This document shows, piece after piece, positions 40,944-52,470 of a DNA stretch of 64,000 nucleotides. Each line of letters starts with the position of its first letter. Position 1 is the first letter of the stretch. The notes beneath the pieces are model-generated. The model did no database searches and was not told the DNA's origin. It worked only from the letters and a program-made list of their open reading frames with translations. Origin of the DNA: Candidatus Hydrogenedentota bacterium (GTDB lineage: Bacteria > Hydrogenedentota > Hydrogenedentia > Hydrogenedentales > SLHB01); assembly GCA_963668025.2 (NCBI GenBank), contig CAXXTH010000011.1, positions 160,001 through 224,000 of the forward strand, in the 5' to 3' direction. The position numbers and the translations under genes are program-made.

Positions 40944-42623
40944 CTAGAGCTCCTCGGAATTGAGAATCTCATACCGGTAGCCCTGTTCCGTGAGGAAAAG
41001 CTGCCGCTTCACGCTATAGTCCTGGTCGCAGGTGTCCCGCGATACAAGGCTGTAAAACCGCGCCACCGTGTTCAAGGTCTTGGGCCGCAGAATGCGCCCG
41101 AGGCGCTGGGCCTCTTCCTGGCGCGAACCGAAAGTGCCCGACACCTGGATGGCCACGTTCGCGTCGGGCAGATCGATGGCGAAATTGGCCACTTTCGACA
41201 CGATCAGCAGCTTTTCCTTGCCCGCGCGGAAAGCGGCATATAGTTCCTCGCGCTTGCCATTGGGCGTCTGCCCCGTGATGATGGGGGCCTTAAACCGCTT
41301 GGCCAGGCGCTTGAGCTGGTCGAGATACTGGCCGATGATCAACACGTTATCGCCTTCATGGCGCGCCACGAGCATCTCGCAGGTATGCTCCTTCACCGGA
41401 TTCGTCGAGGCGATGCGGAACTTGTTGCGCTTGTCAGCGACGGCATAGCGGTAGCGCTCATCATCCGGCAGCGGCACGCGAATCTCGCTGCATATCGCCT
41501 GGGCGATCCAGCCTTGCTGTTCGAGCACTTTCCACGGCACGTCATATTTCTTCGGCCCGATCAAGCTGAACACATCGTCCTCGCGGGCGTCTTCGCGCAC
41601 AAGCGTGGCCGTGAGGCCCAAGCGCTTGCGGGCTTGGAGGGACGCCGTGGCGCGGAATACAGGCGCGGGGAGGAGGTGAACCTCATCGTATACGATAAGC
41701 CCCCAATTACCCTCGTCAAACAGGTTGAAATGGACAAAGGGGCTGTCCTTAGCCTTGCGGTACGTCAGCACCTGGTATGTCGCCATGGTGACGGGCCGGA
41801 TTTCCTTGCTTTCGCCGCTATACTCGCCGATCTGCTCTTCCGTCAGCGTCGTTTTATCGAGCAGTTCATTCTTCCACTGGCGCAAGGCCACGGTGTTGGT
41901 CGTCAGCACGAGGGTCTGGGTTTGCAAGCGCGCAATAGCGCCAATGGCCACGACGGTCTTGCCCGCGCCGCACGGCAGTACGATGACCCCGCTGCCGCCG
42001 CGATTCGAACCGCCCGCATGGAATGCGTCCACGGCCTCCAACTGATATTTGCGCAAACCAAACGCCCGGCCGCCGACCGTCGTTTCCCGCAACTCAAGCG
42101 GCAGCGGCGCGCCCTCGACATACCCCGCCAAGTCCTCCACCGGAAAACCCAGCTTGATAAGGGCGCATTTGATGTTTCCCCGGTCCACATCCTGCACGGC
42201 CACATGATGGCCATCCGGCGTGCCCGTGATGTAGGGCTGCAAGGTCTTCTGGTTCAGAATTTGCGTGATGAGCAGCGAATCTTCCGAATACAGCACCAGT
42301 TCGTGCTTCTCGTTGCGAAACAGCTTCAGCCGCCCATACCGCGCCACGCTTTCCCGGATATCCACCAATACATTTTGTGGAATTTCGTACTTACTAAACC
42401 GTTCGAGCTGGTCGATGATCTCCGCCGCCGTCATACCAGCCGCCGCCGCGTTCCAGAGCGACAGAGGTGAGATGCGGTAGGTATGAATATGCTCCGGCGA
42501 TTTCAGCAACTCCGCGAAAGGGGCGATGCTGTCCCGGGCGTCTTCAAAATTCGGGCCGCCCGTCTCGAGTAGAATCGAGCGGTCTGATTGAATGATCAAT
42601 GGTTTTTCTTCGTTGTAGGCCAT
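40944..42623 (-). CDS. DNA repair helicase XPB (ERCC3/Rad25-like)
   Basis: FAELLKSPEHIHTYRISPLSLWNA, LPCGAGKT, DEVH, TATLVRED (RED motif), GSRQEEAQRLGRILRPK. Confidence 0.93.
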   Translation of the reverse strand: MAYNEEKPLIIQSDRSILLETGGPNFEDARDSIAPFAELLKSPEHIHTYRISPLSLWNAAAAGMTAAEIIDQLERFSKYEIPQNVLVDIRESVARYGRLKLFRNEKHELVLYSEDSLLITQILNQKTLQPYITGTPDGHHVAVQDVDRGNIKCALIKLGFPVEDLAGYVEGAPLPLELRETTVGGRAFGLRKYQLEAVDAFHAGGSNRGGSGVIVLPCGAGKTVVAIGAIARLQTQTLVLTTNTVALRQWKNELLDKTTLTEEQIGEYSGESKEIRPVTMATYQVLTYRKAKDSPFVHFNLFDEGNWGLIVYDEVHLLPAPVFRATASLQARKRLGLTATLVREDAREDDVFSLIGPKKYDVPWKVLEQQGWIAQAICSEIRVPLPDDERYRYAVADKRNKFRIASTNPVKEHTCEMLVARHEGDNVLIIGQYLDQLKRLAKRFKAPIITGQTPNGKREELYAAFRAGKEKLLIVSKVANFAIDLPDANVAIQVSGTFGSRQEEAQRLGRILRPKTLNTVARFYSLVSRDTCDQDYSVKRQLFLTEQGYRYEILNSEEL

Positions 42624-42692
42624 ATCCAGGTAGTATAGCAAAATCGAAGGCCCTGATTGAAATTAATGATCCGTCCGATCCGCCCAATCACG

Positions 42693-43418
42693 TCACCGCC
42701 GCCGGGTCCACTCCTCATTCCCGTATTTCGTTCTGGCCAGCTCCTCTACAGCGGTGCTCTCCTCTGACGTAGGCTGTTCTTGCGGCGCATCGGGGGCGAA
42801 AGCAGCGCGAATGGCGTTCTTCAATGCATCCCCATCGGCTTTTATCGGTCGCACGAAATGTCCGTGCGTGCGTTCACCGCGATAATCAGGACGATCTTCT
42901 GGCTCCTTCAGATAACGCTCGATGAGCGTCCCATCCATGGCCCAGAGCAGCGTGCCATGATGGAGAATCGCACGGCGGCGGCGTTTTTGGGCGTTGCCAG
43001 AGAATTTCCGCCCATCCGAGGCCATATCGGAAATGCCCGCATGGCATGCGTGAATGCCCAGCGGGACGAGGGCCTGGCTCATACGCCCAAGAAGAAAGGC
43101 ATAGGAGCTCCGTATGCCGCTCAATTCAGGCTGGTTCCCGGCGCGCAACGCCAGCGTGTAATTCAAGCTGCCCGGCCCTTGCAGCACGCATCCGCCCGCA
43201 CTGCACCGCCGCAGCACCGGCACGCCATCCGCCGCGCAACGTTCTTCAAACACGTGCTGGCTTAACACTTGCGAAACACCCAGCACGACGAAAAAGCTCC
43301 GGCTTTCCCAAAAACGCAGCGCTTCACCGCATTGGCCTGTTTCAACGCCGTCCAGGAGCACTTCCTCAAAAGCTAGATTGTGTGCAGGTTCATCAAATGT
43401 GTAATCAATCAAGCGCAT
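42693..43418 (-). CDS. Lipoate-protein ligase A family protein
   Basis: NLAFEE, LRFWE, RRCSAGGCV, RKFSGNAQ, HHGTLL. Confidence 0.88.
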   Translation of the reverse strand: MRLIDYTFDEPAHNLAFEEVLLDGVETGQCGEALRFWESRSFFVVLGVSQVLSQHVFEERCAADGVPVLRRCSAGGCVLQGPGSLNYTLALRAGNQPELSGIRSSYAFLLGRMSQALVPLGIHACHAGISDMASDGRKFSGNAQKRRRRAILHHGTLLWAMDGTLIERYLKEPEDRPDYRGERTHGHFVRPIKADGDALKNAIRAAFAPDAPQEQPTSEESTAVEELARTKYGNEEWTRRR

Positions 43419-43593
43419 ATCATTTCCTGTTTCAACGTAGGCATAACATCCATGCCGCGCCCGCCGCGTTTGCTCCATTCCGCATGCTCTGCTATGATGC
43501 ACCGTGTGCGTGCTTTGCGCATGTAATGGCCAATTTGGGCCTTTCGCGGAGCGCCCATCGTATCATTGAACATAACGAGGAGGCCACCTTCCC

Positions 43594-46432
43594 GTGCTCG
43601 ATACTATCTTAAAGACGCTGTTTGGAACGAACAGTGAACGCCAGGTTAAGAAGCTCCAGCCCATACTCGAGGTTGTTCGCTCCAGAGAAGCCCGCTATGC
43701 GGCCATGAATAATGACGAGCTTCGCGCTCAAACGAGCCTGCTGAAAGAGCGGATCGCCCCAGGGATTCAACAAGCCCTCGACACCTTTCGTGAGGGCGAC
43801 AGCCTGGATGATGAGGATGTACGTAAAAAAACGCTGCGCAACGCCATGCAGTCGGAAATGGACACTATTCTTCCCGACGCTTTCGCCGTGGTGCGCGAGG
43901 CGGCCAAACGCATCGCGGGCATGCGGCCTTTCGACGTGCAGATCCTCGGCGGCATCGTGCTCCACAACGGCAGCATCGCCGAAATGGTCACGGGCGAAGG
44001 CAAGACCCTCGTGGCCACGCTGCCGGTGTATCTCAACGCCTTAACAGGCTTGGGCGTCCATGTGGTGACGGTGAACGACTACCTGGCCCGGCGCGACTGT
44101 GAATGGATGGGGCCAATTTATGAATTCCTGGGCCTCACGGTGGGCCTTATCCAGCATGATATGAATACGGCGGAACGCCAAGTGGGCTACCGCGCCGACA
44201 TTACCTACGGCACGAACAATGAATTTGGGTTCGATTATCTTCGCGACAACATGGCTGTGCGGCCCGAAATGCGTGTACAGCGTTCTTTGAGTTTCGCCAT
44301 CGTGGACGAGATCGACTCGATCCTCGTTGACGAGGCCCGCACGCCGTTGATTATTTCCGGCCGACCTTCGAAAAGCACCGACCTCTATTACAAAGTAGAT
44401 GACGCCGTACGACGCTTGCGCAAAGAAACCCATTACGAGATCGAGGAAAAAGGCCACCATGCCATGCTCACCGACGATGGCATGGTGATGGTCGAAAACC
44501 TGCTCGGTGTTGATAATCTGTACACCAGCGAGTCCATCGGCATTGTCCATATGATCGAGCAGTCTTTGCGCGCCCACAACTTCTACAAAAAAGACGATGA
44601 ATATGTCGTCACGAACGGCGAAGTGCTCATCGTGGACGAGTTCACGGGCCGCGTGCTCGAGGGCAGGCGGTATTCGGACGGCCTCCACCAGGCCATCGAG
44701 GCCAAGGAGCGCGTGGCCATCCAATTCGAGTCGCAAACCATCGCCACCATCACGTATCAGAACTATTTTAAGCTCTATAACAAAATCGCGGGCATGACCG
44801 GCACGGCGGCGACGGAAGCCAACGAATTCGCCACCATATATGACCTCGAAGTGGTGCGTGTCCCCACGAATCTACCGCTGGTCCGCGAAGATATTTCCGA
44901 CCTGGTCTTCGCAACTGAACTGGGCAAATTCCGCCATGTGGTCAACGAGATCAAAGAATTGAGCGAAACGGGCCGTCCGGTGCTAGTGGGCACGGTGTCC
45001 ATCGAAAAATCCGAAGTAGTCGCCAACCTGCTCAAAGAGTCGGGCGTCCAGGGCTTCGAGGTGCTCAACGCCAAGCATCATAGCCGGGAAGCGTCCATTG
45101 TGGCGAATGCGGGCAAGCGCGGGGCCGTCACCATCGCCACGAACATGGCCGGGCGCGGCACCGACATTAAGCTCGGCGAAGGCGTGCGGGAACTGGGCGG
45201 ACTGGCCATTGTCGGCACCGAACGGCATGAATCCCGCCGTATCGACAACCAGCTACGCGGACGCTGTGGCCGCCAGGGCGACCCAGGCACGACGCAATTT
45301 TTCCTGAGCCTCGAGGACGAAGTGGCGCGCCTGTTCGGCGGCGATAAAGTCAAGCGCCTCCTGGAATGGTTCGGCAGCCAGGAAGACATGGACGACCAGC
45401 CGCTGAGCCAGCGCATGGTCTCGCGCTCCATCGAGCGCGCCCAGCGCCAAGTCGAGGAATACAACTTCGAGATCCGAAAACACCTCAAACAGTATGACGA
45501 CGTGATGGACCGCCAGCGCAAAATTATCTACGCCATCCGGCGGGATGTGCTCGAGGACCGCGATGTCACCGGGCGTTTACACAATATGCTCGAGAACACC
45601 GTGGCCGACGCCATCAACGATTATGCGCCTGAAGATGTCCTGCCCGACGAATGGGATCTCGAGGGCATGGCCCAGCGGCTCCAGTATGTATTCGGGTATG
45701 TTCCCGATCTCAGCGGTTCCGTGGGCGAAAATCCCGTTCCGTTGCAAGAGAGCGCCGTGAATCAACTCCTAGCGGAGTATCAGCGCCGGGAAAAGCTGCT
45801 CGAAGAAGACCTCCACCGCAGCTTCATCGAGCAAATCGGCGGAGACGACTCCGCCATCGATTTTGGCCGCCATGGCCCGCAAACGCATGCACCAGTTCGA
45901 GATGATGGCCCTGCTGCGCGCCGTGGATGATAAATGGATCGATCATCTCTATTCGATGGATTACTTGCGCGAGTCCGTGCGCCTGCGCGCATATGGGCAG
46001 AAAGATCCCCTCGTGGAATACAAGTCCGAGGGATTCGAGTTATTCCAGGAGATGATGGCCTCCATTGAAGAAAATGTGCTCCAAACCTTGTTCCGGCTCA
46101 CGGACCCGGAATTCCACAAGGCGCGGCAGATGCAGGCGCGCTCAGGGAATCTGAAGGCGGCGGAAGATCCGTTCGCCACCCTTTCCCACTATTCTTATGT
46201 GGCCGCTGATAAACAACAGGACCGCAGTTTCGCGGCGTATGACACGAGCCGCTTCGCCTTGGCGGGGCAAGATTCCGCCGCGCGGGTGGACGCGCAAGGC
46301 GCGCAACAAGAGGATAAACCCAAACGCGCACCCATCAAGCATGAAGGCCCCAAGCTCAAACCGAACGACCCCTGTCCGTGTGGGAGCGGCAAGAAATACA
46401 AGAAATGTTGTGGCGGAATGCAAGACAATTAA
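43594..46432 (+). CDS. secA: Preprotein translocase ATPase SecA; +1 frameshift at ~45861-45866
   Basis: GEGKTL, VTVNDYLA, GFDYLRDNM, TNMAGRGTDI, RRIDNQLRGR; WIDHL..QKDPLVEYK and SEC-C CPCGSGKKYKKCC in the next frame. Confidence 0.97.
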
Positions 46433-47919
46433 CGAAGAGAAACGCCCTCATAACGGCCATCATCGTGTTCTGGCTGGTGATGATGGGGCTGCTGTTCCGC
46501 CGTGAGTTTTTATCGCCTGCTATTCCAGAAGCATCTAGTGATGCGCCGCGCATGCCCGCCGACATATGGATGGGCGTATATCTGCCCGGCGATGCGCCCG
46601 TGGGTTACATCAACGTGAACACCTTGCCTGGCGTGCGCAATGGCGCACCAGGCTCCCGCACCCGTCTCAGCGCCCATATGGCCCTTACCTTATTCGGCAA
46701 ATCGACCGACATCACGCTCCTGGGTTCCACCTGGTCAGCGGAATCCGGCGGATTCGTGGAGGGCGATTGCACGCTGCATTCCGGTGAAAGCGAGATACGC
46801 ATCGAGGCGGCCGCGCGCGATAACGACCAAGGCAAGAAAATCCTCGATATCCAGGTGCATACCGCTGGCGAAACCATCCTCTTCGAGATTCCAGCCGAAC
46901 AAGCCCTGCCGTTATGGCAAACAGGCGGCATTCCCGCCCTGGACGTTCAACAGCTCGAACCCGGCAAAGAATACGTGCTCGACGCTTTTGATCCCTTGAC
47001 GATGAAGCCATCGAAAATCCGGGTGTCTTGTACAGGCGAGGAAACGGTTTTATTTGAAGGCCAGGCCGTGCTGGCCCGAGTGGCCACCCTTTCCGGCGGC
47101 GCGTTAAACGCCAAAGTGTGGTTTACTCCAGAAGGCGAGATGGCGCGCATGGACACGCCATTGGGATTTTCACTTAAACGCATCACGGCGGAACAAGCCT
47201 TGGCCCTGGCTCCATCGGAGCAAGACGGGGCCTTGCTCCAGCTTTCCGCGATCACGCCATCCGGCAAACAGCCGTTTCGAGGAGCAACGCGCATGGCCAT
47301 CCGCGTCAGCGGCATGGAAGAAGATGCGGCATTGCCCGAAGATGACACCCAGCACGCCACGGGCGGTTCAGAATATGTAGTTTCGGCTCCCGCCGGGACA
47401 CAAAACATGCTGCTATCGGATGCCCCCCGCGATGAACGGACGCCTTATCTTCAAGGCGATGCCTTCATCCAAGCGGAACATCCTAAAATCAAAGAGCAGG
47501 CGCTCGCCATTACGGATGGCGCTACGGATGTAAATACCGCCGTGGACCGGCTGTATGAATGGGTCTACGCCAGCATCACGAAAGAGGCCGTGGCGAGCAT
47601 TCCCTCCGCACTTGAAGTGCTCCAATCCCGCACGGGAGACTGCAACGAGCATGCGGTCCTTTTCACGGCGCTGGCGCGCGCGGCGGGCGTGCCCACGCGC
47701 ATCGCCCTTGGCGTGGTCTGGAGCGAAGAATACGGCGGCTTCTATTATCACGCCTGGCCGGAGATTTATGACGGCCAATGGGTATGGGTGGAGCCCACGC
47801 TGGGCCAGCGCATCGCGGACGCCACGCATATTAAACTTTTCACCGGCGGCATCGAGACATGGCCCCAATTGCTGCCTTTCCTTGGCCGCATCCAGATTAA
47901 TGTGCTAGACATTGAATAG
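46405..47919 (+). CDS. Transglutaminase-like domain protein with N-terminal anchor
   Basis: GDCNEHA..ARAAGVPTR..YHAWPE..VEPT; start uncertain, overlaps the end of secA. Confidence 0.85.
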   Translation: MLWRNARQLTKRNALITAIIVFWLVMMGLLFRREFLSPAIPEASSDAPRMPADIWMGVYLPGDAPVGYINVNTLPGVRNGAPGSRTRLSAHMALTLFGKSTDITLLGSTWSAESGGFVEGDCTLHSGESEIRIEAAARDNDQGKKILDIQVHTAGETILFEIPAEQALPLWQTGGIPALDVQQLEPGKEYVLDAFDPLTMKPSKIRVSCTGEETVLFEGQAVLARVATLSGGALNAKVWFTPEGEMARMDTPLGFSLKRITAEQALALAPSEQDGALLQLSAITPSGKQPFRGATRMAIRVSGMEEDAALPEDDTQHATGGSEYVVSAPAGTQNMLLSDAPRDERTPYLQGDAFIQAEHPKIKEQALAITDGATDVNTAVDRLYEWVYASITKEAVASIPSALEVLQSRTGDCNEHAVLFTALARAAGVPTRIALGVVWSEEYGGFYYHAWPEIYDGQWVWVEPTLGQRIADATHIKLFTGGIETWPQLLPFLGRIQINVLDIE

Positions 47920-48120
47920 AATTGCAGTCTTCGTGAGAATCTATAGGAATATCCGCCATGGGGGAGAGTGCGTGCCATGCCTCTAGGCATATGTATTCTT
48001 TGCGGCTTCGCGGCTTAGCGTGAATATACTCTTATAGGTAAGCGGTTTTACGTTATTTCTTCAGTACGTATGCATGATACATTTTACCAGGAGCGGTAAT
48101 AGCAGAACTGCGCCCAAAAA

Positions 48121-48191
48121 ATGAAGCCCTCTGCCTGTGGACAGATACGCGGCAACAAAAGGTGTATCCACAGTATGGCAGAGGGCTTCAT
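48121..48191. terminator. Long hairpin between convergent units
   Basis: atgaagccctctgcc (48121-35) / ggcagagggcttcat (48177-91), with inner tgtgga/tccaca. Confidence 0.6.
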
Positions 48192-48234
48192 CGAAGGCGC
48201 TCTACAATATGTCAATCACGGCGATTTAGCCAAA

Positions 48235-49320
48235 TCAGCCCCATCCGCCCATCGAGCCGATGTGATAGCCAAACCAATACCGCATCTCGTCTATCTGGCC
48301 TTCGCGGAAAACGACGGGCACCTTTGCGTTCAGCCGGACGAATTCCACATGGCCATCCATGTATAGCACATTGGAGCCGCCTGGAAGATGGTTGAAGTTG
48401 GTCTGCGCCTGGTTGGATTCTCTCTCGGGAGCCCAAGATTGCATGCCGCCGGCGGCCCAGGCGTCGAACATCACGACAATGGAACTCTGGCCTACCGCCG
48501 CGCTTGCGGGATTGTTGATGTCGGTGATGAAGAACCGTTCGACGCCTTCCTTGTTGCGGTACAGCATCTTCGGCAAGGGCGAGCGGTCGTCATCCAGCCA
48601 TGTTTTCGGGGGCTGAGGCGTTCCTCCGTTGATTCCCGTTATGACCTTGCTTATGTCCGTGGTCGTTATCGGTATTTCCTGGAATTGGTGAATGGCGAAA
48701 TTCTTGCCCCAAGGCGTGCTGGAAGTTCCTTGCTGCATGCCCACCCATTTGTAACCGGCGCCATAGACCTGTCCAGCCAGCGCTAGGAGCAATTGGCCCG
48801 ACGTGCGCGCCGCGTAGGGCGTGTAGATGTATGACGGGTTCAGCGAAAGCACCATGGGCAGCCACCATTCCTTCGCTAGGGGATCCGTGTTGGACGCAAT
48901 GCGCTTGACCTGGGCCGCCACATCTTCATCGATCAGATCTTTGACCGTCAAGCCGCGATATAAAATCTCAAAGGGCGTGCCCATTCCGCCTCGGGAATCC
49001 GAAGGACAGATCATGATAGCCGGGTCATTCCAGTAATCCGGATACAAGTCTTTCGCATTGACGCCGTGGATCAGCGGCCAGGACGCGCCGCCGTTGTTTC
49101 CTGGCAAATACAACGGAGAGAAGGGGAAATTCCCGCTTTTGCTCTCGCCGGAGTACATCTTGAAGATGATGCCCCATTGTTTGAGGTTGCTCGAGCAAGA
49201 AGCCCGCCTCGCGGCTTCACGGGCGCGCGCAAGCGCTGGCAACAAGATAGCGGCTAATATGGCGATAATAGCGATAACCACTAGCAACTCGATGAGCGTA
49301 AAACCTTGTTTCTTCTTCAT
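48235..49320 (-). CDS. Prepilin-type DUF1559 protein with H-X9-DG motif
   Basis: G|[39 protein letters not shown]; CPSD; [16 protein letters not shown]. Confidence 0.9.
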   Translation of the reverse strand: MKKKQGFTLIELLVVIAIIAILAAILLPALARAREAARRASCSSNLKQWGIIFKMYSGESKSGNFPFSPLYLPGNNGGASWPLIHGVNAKDLYPDYWNDPAIMICPSDSRGGMGTPFEILYRGLTVKDLIDEDVAAQVKRIASNTDPLAKEWWLPMVLSLNPSYIYTPYAARTSGQLLLALAGQVYGAGYKWVGMQQGTSSTPWGKNFAIHQFQEIPITTTDISKVITGINGGTPQPPKTWLDDDRSPLPKMLYRNKEGVERFFITDINNPASAAVGQSSIVVMFDAWAAGGMQSWAPERESNQAQTNFNHLPGGSNVLYMDGHVEFVRLNAKVPVVFREGQIDEMRYWFGYHIGSMGGWG

Positions 49321-49436
49321 TTCACTATCTCCATATCTCATTATATATTTGCTGTTTATTTGCTACAGATGCGGATTCTCTACTTTCTTGCGTCCTTTCG
49401 CAGCACCACGGAAGTGACGCAAATAACCTTTCAGAA

Positions 49437-50537
49437 TCAGCCCCACCCTCCATAGGTCCAGGTCCAGAAACCGAATGTCTGGTAAAATCGCATGTCGCCA
49501 TCCACGGGTGTCGAGCCATTTCCTGGCATGCAAGGCCAATTGTTCGGGAACCGGCAAAACGCTACGTGGCCATCCATGTAGAGGGTGTTGCTGCCGCCAG
49601 GAATGTGGTTGTAGGTTACTTGATTTGTATTGGTCTCGGGATACCAGGGGGCAGCGCAGCCGCCAGCCCAGCAATCAAACATCACGATCATTTCACTTTG
49701 GGACTTTGCAGCTGCAGCGGGATTGTTGATGTCGGTGATAAAGAATCGTTCGACACCTTCTCGTAGTCGCTTGACCGTCGTAGGTAGTGGGCTGCCGTCA
49801 TCGTCGGTCCAAGAGGATGTTCCAGTATTGCCAGAAATATAGCTTTTTGCGTACTTTGTAGCCTTTTCAGTCAAGTCAGTCTCAAATGTAGCCCAGCGTA
49901 CGACTGCGAAGTTACCCCACGGCGTTGATTTAGAGCCTGCATAATATTCCAGCAAATCTTCCGTTCCACGGGCGCCGCCTTCTACTGCCCAGTTCTGCAC
50001 GCACATAGCGTGTACCAATCTCGATTTTGTACCGGTCGCCCAAGGAACATAGTGGTACGAGATGTTTTGTGACAACACCACGCCCAGCCACGGTTTGGCC
50101 AAAGAATCGTTACTTGAGGCCACCTTTTGAACGAACTCACTCATGGGATCGCCCACCAAGTGCTCTACAGAAAAATTTGTGACCAAGGCACTGATTATCG
50201 AACTAGAACCACCCCGCGAGTCCGACGGACAAATCATGAGATTCGCATCTGACCAGTAGTCGGGATAGATTGAATAACCGGCCACCCCATGAAACAGACC
50301 TGAATACACCTGGTAATCCGAAGCAGGAGGGAACAGTCCGCTCTTGTTCTCACCAGAATACATTTTATAAATGACGCCCCACTGCTTGAGGTTACTCGCG
50401 CACGAAGCCCGCCTCGCAGCTTCACGAGCGCGTGCAAGCGCGGGTAATAAAATCGCTGCAAGGATAGCGATAATAGCGATAACCACTAGCAATTCAATGA
50501 GCGTAAAACCTTGCTTACATCGTTGGTTTTGTATCAT
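49437..50537 (-). CDS. Prepilin-type DUF1559 protein with H-X9-DG motif (paralog)
   Basis: Same N-terminus; [15 protein letters not shown]; [16 protein letters not shown]. Confidence 0.9.
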   Translation of the reverse strand: MIQNQRCKQGFTLIELLVVIAIIAILAAILLPALARAREAARRASCASNLKQWGVIYKMYSGENKSGLFPPASDYQVYSGLFHGVAGYSIYPDYWSDANLMICPSDSRGGSSSIISALVTNFSVEHLVGDPMSEFVQKVASSNDSLAKPWLGVVLSQNISYHYVPWATGTKSRLVHAMCVQNWAVEGGARGTEDLLEYYAGSKSTPWGNFAVVRWATFETDLTEKATKYAKSYISGNTGTSSWTDDDGSPLPTTVKRLREGVERFFITDINNPAAAAKSQSEMIVMFDCWAGGCAAPWYPETNTNQVTYNHIPGGSNTLYMDGHVAFCRFPNNWPCMPGNGSTPVDGDMRFYQTFGFWTWTYGGWG

Positions 50538-50745
50538 AGTACGCCTCACTTTCCTTAGCGAAAACAACGACGCGGCACCACTTCCTTTTCAGGAACAATT
50601 ACTCATACACCCTGATAAGTTGGTTATATTAAAGTAATAGCTCACTTTTTTGGGGGGCCATGCCACTACTCCCAGCACGGCCCCCAGTCTTTGTTCAAGA
50701 GATATCATCAAATGCAATTTGTTAGCTTACGCTAAATACGCACAC

Positions 50746-52470
50746 CTACCGTTGTAACCGGCGGCGAGCCGAGATGCTTAATGCACCGCCAAGCACCGCC
50801 AAGCCCAGGATAGACAACACGGGCAATGCGCCACTACTACCGGGGTAGGAGAGCGGATCGTTCGGGTCCGTGCCTGCTTCTACTTCATCGCCATCGTTAT
50901 AGGTGTCATCATCGGAATCGGCATCGTTCGGGTCCGTGCCTGTATCCGTCGGGCTCACATACACGCCAGTGTCTGTCTCGACCGAATCAAGCAAGCCATC
51001 GTCGTCTGCGTCTTCATCAGCCACAGGTTCGCCACTCTCAATGATCAAGTCGTCAATCGATAGGGTCCAGTCTCCACCCGGCGCGGCGGCATCTGACGCC
51101 TGGATGCTTATGCCCACGTTTCCACCCGGAACCCACTGCATCGCCTGGGCATCCTGTGCGCCTTCGGTGTTGCCGCTGAAGTTAATAAACGGCCCGCTTC
51201 CGCTGGCAAGGAACAACGCCGTCGTGCCATTTGCATACACCTCGATCCGCACTTTGAAGGAGGTCTGAAGAACACTGCCATAACTGTCATCGGATCTCCA
51301 TTGATGCAGCCACCAGCCCGTATCATTTTGATTCATGAGCGCGTAGCTGGTGATCATGCCAAAACTGAACGGCAAAGGACTATACACACCATCCATCACA
51401 CCCATGGCAAAAACACCGCCTCCATTGAAGAATTGGTTGGCGGAGTCGGGAACCGTAAATTGGATGGCGAACGGCGGCGCCAGGTTGTGATCCCAAGTGA
51501 CGGGATCGTCGTAGCTCCTCAGACCCAACCGGGAAGAAATGTATGTATTTCCGTCGCCATCGCTGTTGAAATTCAACCTGCCATTAGCAAACGTGACGTC
51601 CGCGTTCGTGGCGTTCTCCGTGGTAGCCGCTGTCAGATCATCCAGCGTCCATGGGCTGTCCAGCGTTCCGTCGGAGAAATCCTCCACGATCTGGGTGCCA
51701 AATTCCGTGGTGGTCATCCGGTCCGTCGTGATGCTGACGTTATCGATAGCCAATTCGAAGCTATTCGGCTGGGGCGCTGCCGTGTCCACTGCCGTGAGCA
51801 GGAATCCCAGCGATTGGTCGAGACGAAGCCCCGCCCAGCCATGCTCCATGGATTCAATAGGCGCACCTTCATTTTCCTTGTCCATGCTGATGTTGACGAA
51901 CTCACCGCCATTCTTGCTTTGCCACACCTGCCACTTGGGAGCGGTTCCTCCTATTTGCACGATGCGATAGGTGAGCGAAGTGACGCCCGTCGCGGAGAAT
52001 TGATCGTAATGAAATCCTGAGCCGATGTCCTGCACATGAATCGTTCCCTCGGAATTCATTACACCTACATAGTCGATGGTGTATTGATAGTAATTGAAAC
52101 AGGAAACAAGCTGGGCGCCGCCAGTTGTCACATCGGTCAGCGATGCGGCCACGTCCGGTATGGTGAATTCATACGTCACGTTAGCCCAGGCGGAAAACGC
52201 ATTGTCTGCGCCAATATACGCCGTCGCCAAACAGGGCGTCGTGCCCGCGCCATTTCCGTCTTTCGTGAACTTGAATACGCCGTCTTCAACGGCAGTGCCA
52301 GCGCCTACCGAGGCGCCATAGCCAAAGTTTGTATATGCTTGGACACCCCAAAGCCCACCGAAATCCGCGTCGCTAAACGTCTCAGTATAGGTGTTGACGG
52401 TTGCAGCCATGGCAGCACCCCCCACCATACACAACGCCAGCAGCGCCACACTTAATCGTTTCGTCCTCAT
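50746..52470 (-). CDS. Secreted surface protein: two tandem beta-sandwich-like domains, Asp-rich Ca-binding repeats and a C-terminal sorting-like anchor
   Basis: Signal peptide; ETFSD..LW / EDFSD..PW and LAIDNVSI / LSIDDLII duplication; DADDDGLLD; GTDPND twice; LPVLS + TM + RRRLQR. Confidence 0.7.
   Translation of the reverse strand: MRTKRLSVALLALCMVGGAAMAATVNTYTETFSDADFGGLWGVQAYTNFGYGASVGAGTAVEDGVFKFTKDGNGAGTTPCLATAYIGADNAFSAWANVTYEFTIPDVAASLTDVTTGGAQLVSCFNYYQYTIDYVGVMNSEGTIHVQDIGSGFHYDQFSATGVTSLTYRIVQIGGTAPKWQVWQSKNGGEFVNISMDKENEGAPIESMEHGWAGLRLDQSLGFLLTAVDTAAPQPNSFELAIDNVSITTDRMTTTEFGTQIVEDFSDGTLDSPWTLDDLTAATTENATNADVTFANGRLNFNSDGDGNTYISSRLGLRSYDDPVTWDHNLAPPFAIQFTVPDSANQFFNGGGVFAMGVMDGVYSPLPFSFGMITSYALMNQNDTGWWLHQWRSDDSYGSVLQTSFKVRIEVYANGTTALFLASGSGPFINFSGNTEGAQDAQAMQWVPGGNVGISIQASDAAAPGGDWTLSIDDLIIESGEPVADEDADDDGLLDSVETDTGVYVSPTDTGTDPNDADSDDDTYNDGDEVEAGTDPNDPLSYPGSSGALPVLSILGLAVLGGALSISARRRLQR

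Noticed and set aside
41358-42470. Long antisense ORFs (e.g. 41358-42470, 20943-22010, 59532-60599, 38074-39036)
   Set aside because: Shadows of high-GC genes on the opposite strand, with no motifs of their own
43594-46432. secA, glgX and addA as true pseudogenes or phase-variable genes
   Set aside because: Runs are short, all errors are +1 and secA is essential; sequencing artefact is more parsimonious
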